A stretch of DNA of 30,620 nucleotides, from positions 310,001 through 340,620 of the forward strand of contig QPGO01000092.1 of the NCBI GenBank assembly GCA_008632985.1. The letters are read 5' to 3'. A program made the translations under genes and the position numbers. Under the pieces are notes generated by a model. The model did no database searches. It was not told where the DNA came from and worked only from the letters and a program-made list of their open reading frames with translations. The stretch comes from Psammoneis japonica (lineage: Eukaryota). Position 1 is the first letter of the stretch; every line of letters starts with the position of its first letter. Below are positions 1 to 10,796 of this stretch, one piece after another.

Positions 1-2950
1 AACAGGCACACAAGACTTCTTTCTTGTGCTTGGACATTTCCAAACAGCACAAACAACAAGCAAGAGCTTCTTTGTCTGAGTTGCACAAGCCCAAAATGGG
101 CGCTAACCTCACACACCTTTTTTGCAATTTTTGCTGGCTTCCAATTTGCACCAACACAGCAAGCACCAAAATGAGCATTTGACTCATTGTCTGCACAGTG
201 ACCAGAGGCTCTGAAACACTTTGGTTTGCAGCTGTTGCTGCAATGGAACAAAAACACTCTGTTTTGAGACAACACAAATGCCCCAGTGTTTTTTTGTTGA
301 CAAGATGATCAACAACAAAGTCCCTCATGTCACCCAATGATGCACAGCATGTCATCAATGCTGTCAGTGCCACCCTGCTCTTTGCTGCAGGCACAAAAGA
401 GTGAGCACTGTCTCTGAGCCTGGCACTGGTGCTCTGACCTCCTTTTTGCCCCAACCCCCTGTTTCCAGAGTCAGCCTCAGTTGTGCAAAAACAGCAAGCC
501 CCGCCAACAAGAAATCCAGCACTGCTCCAACACCTTCTTTGTTGTCCCAGCCCCACATCCAGCTGTGCATGTTTCCAAGCCACTTTTTCTTTCATTTTGA
601 TTCAGTGCTCACTTTTCCTTGACATTGTGACTGTGCCCTTCATTGCAGCCACCCTTTTGTGTGCTGGGACAATGAACACCCACAATGCCACCATCATTTT
701 GCAACATTTGCAAGCAGCCCCACTTGTGCATCAGGTGAAAAAACAAGTGTGCCAAACTGAACACTGCACCAGTGATGAGCTGTTGATGACAGCTGTGCAC
801 ACCAGCTGAGGTGTTGCCTCTGCCAAGCACATGTGGAGGGCCACCTTTGCCCCTGCCAAATTGCCTCCATCTGCTGCAACTGCAATCAGAGGGGTGCTGA
901 CGCGTTCCAGACGTAGGTGGGAATCCGTGTGACATTGGGCCCGTAGACTTCTACGTGCGAGCTCCGTAGTAAAATTACACGGTAATTAAAATGTCAATGA
1001 TCGCCAACAGAAAATGAGGCAATTTTGCGAACGCACAAACTCGCACATGATTGAAGTACATCATTTTTTACTTAGCCAGTTACATTCTTCAGACATTGAA
1101 GAATGTAACTGGCGCATTATTGTTTCTATAAATTTGTTACATAAAACGTCTGGGGCTTCGCAAAACAGCGAGTCTGGACAATTTTTTTTAAATATCACAC
1201 GTAGAAATCTACGTACGAAACATACGACGGATGATAAAAATTATTGTTGTCACACGTCAGTACTACGAGCTCCCACCTAGGGCTGGAACGCGTCTGCTGC
1301 AAGCATCAGCAGTCTCTCTCTGAAATGAGTTTTGTTTTGACAAGGGACAACTCTCAAGCTGAGCACATCGTCCATGCAAGCTGAGCACCTGAAATGTGAG
1401 AAGCAAGAAGCACAAGCTCCTGAAAAGTCTCTTGAACAAGGCTGGTTGTTGGCAGCATGTGAGTGTGCATCTCAGAGGTGGTGTCTTGACCTTTTCTGTC
1501 TTTCAGCTCATTTCTGGTCCAGATTTTTCACAGGCTTCTTCTTGGGAGTCTCAGACAGGTGGGGCACCCTTTCAATGCTGTGAGGATGATCCATTTTCAC
1601 AATTCTCCTGAATGCTGCTGCAGCCACCTTCCACCACAACATGCAGCAACCAACTCAAGCTCACCCAGCTGTGTTGACCAAGGCGCAATGCTCTTTTTGC
1701 TTGCAACCAGCCCAGCTGCAGCTGTCCTTGTTAAGTGCCATTTTAACAGCTGAGGTGCTCAACAAGGCTCCCCATTTTTGCAAGTTATCTGGAAGCACTC
1801 TCCCACTCAATTTCTGCAAAGCAAGTTCAAGAGGAGCATGTCTTTGCACACGCGCCATGGCAGCCCTCTGGCTTGAGTTTGGTCCACCTGTTGAATGACC
1901 TGCAGTCTGCAATGCTTCCACTGTGCAACTTTTGCCACAGCCAAGCCCTCTGCTCATGATGACACTTCTCACCATGGACCACCCACCATGCCACACAAAG
2001 CTTGAGCTCTTTCAGCCTGAGCTGTTCCAAGGTTTGCGCAGTTTTTGAGTGCTCACATGCACGGGGTGTCACATGCATTGACATCTTGGCACAAAATTTG
2101 CACCACACTCTCTGTTCTTTCTCCAACACATGCCAAAAGTTTCAAATCCTTCATGCACAATTTTGCACACCCCCCTGAGCCTGCAGCAGATTTCTCACAC
2201 CCGGTGTGCACCAAAAGCCGAGCCCACACATCTGGTGGTGTGGCTGCAGTCTGCAGTGCAAAACAAGTTTGTGCTCCACATGGGCCCATCAGAGTGAAAC
2301 CTGTCAACAAAATGTGAAAGAAAATTTGCAGAGCTCTTCTCAAGTGCAGCGGTGGGCATGTGCTGCCCTGCACACTGTGCCGTCCCACACACAGGAGAAA
2401 GCATGCAGCAACCGCAGGGCTGCTCACTTGCTGGTGCCATGGACCAGTCAACCCTGCACCATTTTGTTTCAAGTGCCACATGGTTTGGACATGGCATGTC
2501 ATGTGTTGGCCTGTCATGTGCTGCCAACTCTCCGCACCTTTTTTTTGTGTGCACTTGCAGGCAGCATGCAGAGCAAACTGTGCATGTGCACGGTGTGAGC
2601 ACACGACGCACCTGAGGTCACACAAGTCCACGCTGCACACACAGCACAATGTCAGTGCTCACTTTTCCAGTGCTTGCAGAACATGGCTTTGTGCTTGCAC
2701 TCTTGCAAAATGCCATTTGGCAGCACCAAACAAGGGAGCTGCTTTTTGCCCAAGTGACGAGTGAGGCACGACCAGCCACAAACTCAGCTGGCTGGTCTCA
2801 CCTTGTTTCAGCAGACACAATGAGCCTGGAACACTCTGAAGAACAATTCAACTCTCATCTTCTCAATTGTGAAATCTGAGTTGTGACCGAAGCCTGGCAT
2901 TGCCTTGAAGAACAAGCATGTGTGACACCACCCAATGATCTCGGACTCTG
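1..2950. other. TpA/CpG-erased block 1 (probable hypermutated repeat or transposon relic), interrupted by a MITE at 899-1294
   Basis: Manual count: about 1 TpA and 2 CpG in 1-898, and about 3 TpA in 1299-2950. TG/CA is strongly enriched. The six-frame ORFs are Cys/His/Gln-rich and nearly Tyr-free. TE origin is inferred; no transposase motif was recognised. Confidence 0.75.
899..1294. mobile_element. Non-autonomous TIR element (MITE), 396 bp, 4-bp TSD TGCT
   Basis: Left end GACGCGTTCCAGacgTAGGTGGGA matches the reverse complement of the right end GACGCGTTCCAGcccTAGGTGGGA (22/24). TGCT flanks both sides (895-898, 1295-1298). Subterminal inverted motifs are also present (CGTAGACTTCTACGTG vs CACGTAGAAATCTACG; GTGTGACA vs TGTCACAC). 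The interior is AT-rich and non-coding. Confidence 0.9.
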
Positions 2951-3191
2951 ACGGAATTCGCATTCGCATTTCATTGGTGAAAGTGACGACCTGCCTGCTG
3001 CACGACCTTCATTCCACATAAATGTTTGACAACATTTATTTGGCGAATGCCAGAGGCGATGACCCCATGCGACATGTATGCGACGCAGCACGCAGCCCCT
3101 CACAAAACACCAAAACGACCGGAAAGCATGCAGCATGCCACCTACTGTACGCATGTCATCACTCACGACGTCTCAAACAACACCAACAACT

Positions 3192-4717
3192 ATGAAGGCC
3201 CTTGCAACCACCTGCCTTGTGCTCGTTGGCATTCTTTACACGTTCCCAGTAATGACAGGACGTTCTCAGTCAGATGTTGGGAGAGCTGACCGTCTTCTGA
3301 AGCGCCTTGATGCTCTCGAAAGACAGATGGCACACGACCAGGAGCGCATCGCCACACTTGAGAAGGAGCTTCACTCCAGAAAGCTTCAGTCGAGAAAGCT
3401 TCAAGGTGGTGTGCAGTGGGAAGATCTAAACGAGCATCTTAAAAACTATGTGGAATGGAGTCAATTTAATTGGTGGAAGGGGAACGAGTTCAATGCCAAG
3501 TTGAGTTGCATCTTGGGAGAAAGTGACGGCAAGAATCTTGTGGTGGATGGATGCAACATGCGGATTTGAAATGGATCGGGTTCCACAAAAAACATCAATG
3601 GTCTTGGCAATATCATTTTGGGCTACGATGAAGAACAATGCGATTATGACCGCCTTATTATGGGACGACCTGATTACAAGGTCAGAACCAGAATGGGCTC
3701 TCACAACGGTATGTTTTTTTTTTTTGCACTGCTTGCATCAAATCTACTCTATTTCTACCTGACGCATGATTGTTTCAATGCTAGTTGTGGTTGGCGTCTG
3801 CAATGACTGGAGGGGCTTTGGAGGCCTACTTGGCGGTAGAGGTAACACTATTGAGGGTGATTGTTCTTCAGTAGTCGGCGGTTGGAAAAACATGGCAACT
3901 GGACGGCAGGCCGCTATTCTTGGAGGTAAGAAATCGAATCGTTCTTGCAACTGTAATGTCACTGTGACATCATTATTTGTTCACTCATTTTTTCATGTGT
4001 AATCCCGTCCTTTTAGGAGGTCATAACACAGCTGATGGTGAAAAAGGTGAAAAATGTGCCATATCTGGTAAGTCTGCTGTAGTTTTCACAAGCTTGTTAG
4101 TGAGGAATATCAGACTGCTGCATCTGAACCATCTGTCAATTGTTTGTCTATAGGAGGAATTGGAAACAACGCAACTGGAAGATACGCCAGCGTTAGCGGA
4201 GGTAGGCGTTATGAACTCACTCGACTTTCACTGCTGTTCGCGTGACTCCTTCAGCTGAATATTTTGCTCGTTTTGATCCAACAATAGGAATGGATAACAG
4301 CGCCTCGGGTTTGTACTCTAGTGTCCTTGGCGGTACGTCACAAATGGCATAGCTTGTCTGCATCGCGCAAAGCATCTTTCCCGATTATTAATAACTCATA
4401 CCTGAAATACACCCCCATTGTGCTGCTGTTCGTGACCGTCAATCATCTGAATCGTTTGCTCGTTTTGTTCGAACATGCAGGGCAGAAAAACAAAGCCGGA
4501 GGGCAATCCTCGAGTGTCACTGGCGGTACGTCACAATAATTGTGTGTCGCGTTCACCATCTTTCCCACTTTTTACTTATAATACCAAGCACAAATCCTAT
4601 GACCCAAAAGGTATGGAGAATGTAAATGATGTTGATTTCGGTACGGTTATCGGGGGCGCAGGGGTCGCTGACGTCGACCCCAATTTTGGGGTTGGGCCGC
4701 CTTCGTGTTGTCAGTAA
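3192..4717 (+). pseudogene. Secreted Gly/Asn-rich 15-aa repeat (predicted beta-solenoid) protein; 7 exons; in-frame TGA at 3567-3569
   Basis: Exons 3192-3708, 3785-3925, 4017-4067, 4154-4201, 4288-4332, 4481-4525 and 4611-4717 are joined by GT-AG introns into one frame. Order of elements: signal peptide MKALATTCLVLVGILY, coiled coil, SRKLQSRKLQ, VDGCNMRI*NGSGSTKNINGLGNIILGYDE...GSHNVVVG, then repeats such as GNNATGRYASVSGG and DNSASGLYSSVLGG. Confidence 0.8.
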
Positions 4718-4899
4718 TAATGATGCTTCTTCATGTCAAAAACATTGTCCGTTAGAGACGGCTGCATGTGTATTTTTCATGGCCCGAGGCCCGAGCCGTG
4801 TAATCGAATAGCAAAATGAATTGGGGCTTGGGAAAGAGTAGCTGCATATTCCTTAGAACATTAATCAATTTAACAGTTATTGCAAATACAAGATGGACG

Positions 4900-5900
4900 C
4901 AAAAACGAATCCACACATGCCACAATGCCCATCTCAGCTCGAATCAGCCAAATGGAAACTTGATCCCTGCATCAGTCAGCACTTTCACAGGGCTGGAGGA
5001 CTTGGGCCACACAACAAACACTTTGGTGGTGATCTCGTCAAGTCACTCCAACTGTTGCCTGTTGTGGTGGAACATCACCCTGGCAGTTGGTTGCGATTCA
5101 AAAGGCATCCTGATGGAGTCGGAGGCAATTCAGCAGAGGAACAGAGAGTGTTCCTGCTGGGCACCTCTTCAAAAACCAAATGCCCCAGGTGTGAAGCAGC
5201 AACATGTCCAGAAACAATTGCACATGTTTTTAATTTGATGCTGTTCTGAAAGGTTCAACTGGAGAGGGAGGCAAACACCGGGATGAGGAGTTTGTGGGTG
5301 CTGCAGCTGGGTGTAGAAAAAAAGATGGCTTTGACAGCTTGTTCAAGTTTTTGCTTCCTCAAGTTAAACCTTTTGGAGTTTCTCAACAACTTGTTGCAGA
5401 ATGGCAGTGGGGTGATCTTTGTGTGAGATGCCGAGTGTTGGGCACAGTTGCTTGTGAGAGTCGCTGCCACCTGGGCCTCTCTCTCTCTCTCTCTCTCTCC
5501 AAACTCCAGCTCCAGCCCCATCTGGCTGCCACAAAAAGAGGGAAAGAATTGGAGCTTCAGAACTCAAAGGAAAACAGGTGTGCAGTGCAATCTGTCAAGT
5601 CCCATGCAGCGTCATCATGCACACAAGCAAGTTGATCGAAAAATGCCCCGCTTCACTCACGCTGCACAAACCTGGGGGTTGGCTCACTGCTGTGCTCCAC
5701 AGTGCATGTGTTTTGACAACAGCTGAGATGACAAGTGTTGCACCGGGATTGCCACAGTCAGCAGAGCATGTGCCAACAAGGTTGCAGCCTGCACCTGGCA
5801 AAGAACTGAAACCTTGGCTGCAGCCCAAACAAAAAACAGTGGCACAAAGCACCAGGCCCTTTGGAAGACTTTTGGAATTCAAACTGGCAAAGAACAACCA
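4900..5900. other. TpA/CpG-erased block 2
   Basis: About 3 TpA in 1 kb by manual count, reduced CpG, TG/CA-rich. Normal composition resumes on both sides. Confidence 0.7.
5477..5499. repeat. (CT)11 microsatellite
   Basis: Directly visible. Confidence 0.95.
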
Positions 5901-6212
5901 GGAATTGTTTCACGAAGTATTTCTCTCATTTGGTCCAGTCTCTACGACCACTGAAGCTTTCCCCCCCTGTTGAAAACACACTCAGCAACCCTGGGACAAT
6001 TTTTGTTGTCTATGGTGTCAGTTGCCTGATGCTGAGTGCATTTTTTGGCGCCAAAATCGAAGTGACCCGGAAATCTTGTGTCATTCAGGTGGAAACCGCA
6101 GAACTGCATCCAAAACGTCAACCACATCATCGCATCCATCATCAAACATCGCAACACCACCATGCCATAAACGCTACAACAAGCAGCAGAAACTCGCAGG
6201 ATAGTTGTGGCA

Positions 6213-6911
6213 ATGGCTATTCCTCTATTTTATCGCATTCGATCGGGATTGAATGTGGCGATAGGGACGCACCTCGCTGTAACCCTCACATCCATGGCGC
6301 GCTCTCTCGGCGGCTGGGGCGACAAATCCAACCTACTACTGGAGGACGCAGACAATGCTCCACCTTTACAAGTTCGAGATGCACAACATTATGAATCCAT
6401 CACCAGTCTTGTTTCTGACATGTACGCCGGTCGAGGTCTTGTTCAGAAAATTCAGAAACAGCAGCTCTCCCAAGAACATGTTGGAACTGGAGTCACACTT
6501 GCCGATGATGTTTCATTTGAAGATCCCGCTGCTTGCTGTATTGGACGAGAGGAAGTTATAGAAGCCTTTCGAGCGTTGACAGCTCTACAGCCTGAACCTG
6601 TCAGTCGTCCACGTTGCATCAACGTGGAACCTCAGGGAGAATCCATTGCTCTTACGTATCATCTGCATCAGCGTTATGGGTACCTCGGTCGCATGTCCCT
6701 ACATTCGTTACTGGTTGTAAATGTGAAACTGAAGCAGTTGCCGCATTCTCGGGAATTCAATGAGTTTGTTCTTGTCAGCATGGAGGAACAGTGGAATGGA
6801 ATCAAGCCTTTCTCGAATACACTCTTCTGGATCGTGCGACGCATCAATGGTTGGGTCAGTTTCCATGTTACGAGGCGGATGCTGCCGACAAAAGATTCGG
6901 GTTTGCAATAA
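6213..6911 (+). CDS. Hypothetical protein with SnoaL/NTF2-like domain
   Basis: Intronless 232-aa ORF from ATG 6213. The motif LADDVSFEDPAACCIGREEVIEAFRAL and the C-terminal SMEEQWNG resemble SnoaL-like folds. Confidence 0.7.
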   Translation: MAIPLFYRIRSGLNVAIGTHLAVTLTSMARSLGGWGDKSNLLLEDADNAPPLQVRDAQHYESITSLVSDMYAGRGLVQKIQKQQLSQEHVGTGVTLADDVSFEDPAACCIGREEVIEAFRALTALQPEPVSRPRCINVEPQGESIALTYHLHQRYGYLGRMSLHSLLVVNVKLKQLPHSREFNEFVLVSMEEQWNGIKPFSNTLFWIVRRINGWVSFHVTRRMLPTKDSGLQ

Positions 6912-8138
6912 CTGTTACTGCCAACGGCGCTCGATAGATATCTACAAGATTGCAGTCACACTCTGCAATGCATTATGAGCTTTGCGGTGGCTTGGAGAAT
7001 GGTTAGAACAACGTGCTACTCGTCTTATCCTTCCCTACAATAGTTCCTTCTTCGACGGATACAAACGAGTCGATATCCCTCCATCCGAGCCTCGTGTGCT
7101 TTTGGAGTACATTTGGAGCAAGGGCTTTTTGACTCCATACTGACAGTTATTGCAAGTCTTGCATTGTCACATTCGCCAGTCCTAACCTTTCTTGCACCGC
7201 CTGCTGCACGGCCATGTGCAGCTCGATTGAGCTAACGAGGTGCGACAAAAGGAGTTCAACTAACCGGATGAGCTGCCAATAGAAAGTATCTCCTTCTGCA
7301 AGGCTTTCTTGTTGAGGTTCTTGATGCTGTCCTCCAAGCACTCGTACAAATCAGAATTGCGAGTTTAGGATGCAATGCTTTGGTGAGTCACCATAGTTCC
7401 CTTTTGTATGTTCTTTCGAACATGCATTTCGAAACAGGGGTGAGGACGATCGTTATTGAGATCAATGAAAATCCCATGGTCGACAACTATGCCTCGATTT
7501 TGTCGGTCCGACCACGATTGCTGAACGGAGCGCATGTCTCGTTGCTTTCAGACTACCTTGCATAGGAGCGAAAACATTTGCCATTGCACTCGTCGCCACG
7601 TTCCATGCCGTAGCCGCACTCCATCTCGAAGTCGTAGCCCATATCGGAGGAGTCGTCCAATTTCGCTGGAATTATGCTCGGAGGGCTGCACACCAGATTG
7701 TGAGGAGCAGAAATGATGATTACACAGCCTACACTCCGAATCCTGCTTTGGAACGGTCTGTTTCTGCCCAACATCACTCGAGTTTAGAATCCCACGGGAC
7801 CTGCACATTTTTTGCGCATAGCTCATGTCCTTACCGCCACAATGTAGTCAATGGGACCACGTCAATTCAATAGTAGTAGAATAGAGTTGTGATCCAACTC
7901 AAAACACTGTGCTAGCTGACTGTGCTATGCTGTCCGCTCTCGCGGAATACCGGTAATGCTTCCCGCCAATACGTTCGACTCTTTCGACTAACAATGCGAC
8001 GAGCGATAACGTGATGTTTCGATGATGCTCATGAAGTCTTCAAGCGAAAGGTACCGTAGTTTCCCTAACCAATAAAAGGCTATTTGTCAAGAAGATCGTC
8101 ACGGCAACACCTAAATCGCAACCAACATTCAACATCCA

Positions 8139-10500
8139 ATGTTTCGACTCGGAGCAGCAAAAGACACTAAGTCGTTCAAAATCCTCGTAGCAGCAGGAGG
8201 TGCCACTGCCGCGGGCGGTCTGTTGTTTTTGCTCGACCAGTCCGAGAGCAAAGCCTACTTGGAAGCTGCAAACAAAGAGGACCTTGATGGCAAGGATAGT
8301 ACTCGTCACTTGATTCGAAAGTACACGTCAAAGCCTTTACCTTCCCGTAGTTTCAATATTGAGAAACTACAGACTGCCACCAGAGATGATCCGCTGGATG
8401 TTTTGGTAGTAGGAGGTGGTTGTACAGGAAGTGGCACTGCGCTGGATGCAGCGACTCGAGGATTGAAGACCGGACTAGTCGAGCGCTATGATTTTGGTAG
8501 TGAAACGAGCTCTAGGAGTACAAAGCTTATTTGGGCAGGTATCCGATACATTGCCACGGCCTTTTCAGCGTTGCTTCGGTTTCACAACATTACCCGTCCC
8601 GTTGCGGCAGTGTCGGATTTTGTTTCAGAATTCAAAATGGTTCTCGGGGCCCATCGCGAAAGACGAGCTCTGTTGGAGAATAATCCACACCTTACAAACT
8701 GTGAGTATGTAAGATGTTCTCTGCGCTCTTTGTTTCTGTCTGTTGCTCACTTTTCTGAGATACTTTTCGCAATCAAAACCTACAGGGGTCCCGATCGCAG
8801 TTCCGATTGCAAGCTGGATGTCATGGCCACCTCCGTTCGGCCATCCAATCTTTGCAACAGCGCCCTTCACTCTCCCCGCGGTATTCAAGTTTTACGATTC
8901 TCTGAGTGGATTCACTTGTCCTCCTTCACACATTATGGGAACGAAACGTGCCTTGCGCAAGTTTCCTCAGTTGGATGAGGAGGCAAAGTACTTTCAAGTG
9001 TTTTATGAAGGACAGCACAACGATGCGCGTACAAACACATGTATTGCGCTGACGGCAGCCGAACAAGGAGCTACCGTCTGCAACTATACGGAAATGATTG
9101 ATCTGCTGACAGATGATAATGGAAAGGCGATTGGGATCAAGTGCCGCGACAACATATCTGGAAAAGAGTTTGAAGTCTATTCCAAGAGCATCATTTTCTG
9201 TGGAGGTCCATTCACGGACGAACTTCGAAACATAGAGGACCCAGAGAGCAAACCAGCTGTGGCTGCCGCCGCCGGCACTCATATCGTTCTTCCCGCGTAC
9301 TACTCGCCTGGAGGGATAGGCATGCTCGACATCAACACCAGTGACGGGCGTTTCCTCTTCTTTCTTCCTTGGCAAGGATCAACGTTGGTCGGAACAACCG
9401 ATCGGAAAGGAAAGGCAGTCTCTAGTGTTGGACCTCCTGAAGAAGAAATTCAGTGGCTGTTAAATGAAGTCAAAAAGTACCTTAGCGACGATATCCAAGT
9501 CCGGAGAGCCGATGTATTGAGTGCATGGCAAGGCTTTCGCCCACTGGCTTCAGACCCCAATGCTCCCCCGGGAGCACCGGTGTCAAGAGACCATGTCATT
9601 TCCACCAACCCGAAAACCGGCGTCACGTTTATCACGGGAGGAAAGTGGACTACCTACCGCGAAATGGCAGAAGACGTAGTCGACAAAGTTGTGGATTTGC
9701 ACAAGCTCAAGACGACAGGTCCGTCAACGACTGCGAAATTACCGCTGCGTGGAGGAGTTGGATACACTCGCAACGTGCCAGTCAAGCTTGTACAAGAGTA
9801 TGGCGTGAGTGAAGCGACAGCCAAACACCTTGCGCGAGCTTATGGCATGAACGCCTTTGCCGTATGTGAACTGGCTGAACCTACCTCGCAGCGGTGGCCT
9901 CGTTTTGGAAATAAGTTGATTGAAGGATATCCATTCCTCGAATGCGAAATACAGTATCAGTGTCGCAGTGAAATGGTTTGCACGCTGAAAGATATGCTGA
10001 CGTTGCGAATGCGAATCGCCTACCTCAACAAAGAGGCTGCATTGACTGTTATGCCAAAGGTGGCAGACATTATGGCCAAGGAACTCAAATGGAGTAAGCG
10101 AGAACGCAATCGTCAGCTGCAGGAAGCCGAAGAGCACCTCAAGATGTTTGGCGGACCGTACCCTAACAAAGAGGCTTTGGACCAGTCGATCGAGTCTGTG
10201 CACGATGTGAGAAGTCTCTTTCGTACCTTTGATAATGACGGAAGTGGGTACATTGACTTTCAAGAGTTCAAGGACTGCGTTGAGATGTTGAATATTCCAT
10301 TCAAGAATGACAAGGCGGCGATGACGTCTTTCAAAAAGATCGATAGTTCGGGTGACGGAAGAATCAACGAAGACGAATTTGTTCAGTGGTGGAAATCCGA
10401 CGAGCCAGATAAGCTGAAGTCAGAGCTGGAAGAGAAATTCAAATTGACACCCGAGAAGCTGGGCGAGGGAGCGGAATCTCGTGGTGCTGCATTTGGATAA
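8139..10500 (+). CDS. GPD2: Mitochondrial FAD-dependent glycerol-3-phosphate dehydrogenase with C-terminal EF-hand pair
   Basis: Exons 8139-8700 and 8786-10500 (intron GTGAGT...TACAG), 758 aa. Motifs: DVLVVGGGCTGSG, TSSRSTKLIWAGIRY, FYEGQHNDAR, GRFLFFLPWQG, ITGGKWTTYREMAED. EF loops DNDGSGYIDFQE and DSSGDGRINEDE. Confidence 0.96.
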
Positions 10501-10796
10501 GGCGGAGAGGGGATCATAGTATGTTGATGTATTCATTATTTTTTGTAACGTATTATCATGTCAAGTGACCTCTTAGTTCTCCATCTCTGACGACTACTAG
10601 CTAGTAGGGCCTACTAGCTAGAGTGTTGCACAGAGCCATCTAATCGAGAGCACAAGTGGAAACGTGAACAAGAATTTGCTGAAAGCGCAGATGTCACAGA
10701 GATTTCAACGCAAACTCACTCTTTTATAGAATGCCATGTCGGACACATATACCAGGCTACCGTGCAATTCTTAGTTCGACTAAAAAGGGTTCTATT

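Noticed and set aside
1014..1280. 88-aa ORF inside the MITE as a transposase
   Set aside because: Too short, with no DDE or DNA-binding motif.
364..2879. Many overlapping 60-200 aa ORFs in all six frames (also in 4816-5973, 19401-21108 and 28404-29406)
   Set aside because: They are a by-product of TpA loss, which removes TAA and TAG stops. The translations are Cys/His/Gln-rich, nearly Tyr-free and have no recognisable motifs.
4288..4535. Repeated GGCGGTACGTCACAA units as a CRISPR-like array
   Set aside because: Only two copies, explained by duplicated exon/intron junctions in a eukaryotic gene.
7026..7826. Possible spliced minus-strand gene (MGYDFEMECGYG..., CLEDSIKNLNKKALQKE...)
   Set aside because: The fragments look protein-like, but I could not build a consistent exon chain or recognise a family.
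8926..10263. Long antisense ORFs over GPD2 (similar ones over the PDI and nuclease genes)
   Set aside because: Shadow ORFs of well-supported genes on the opposite strand.
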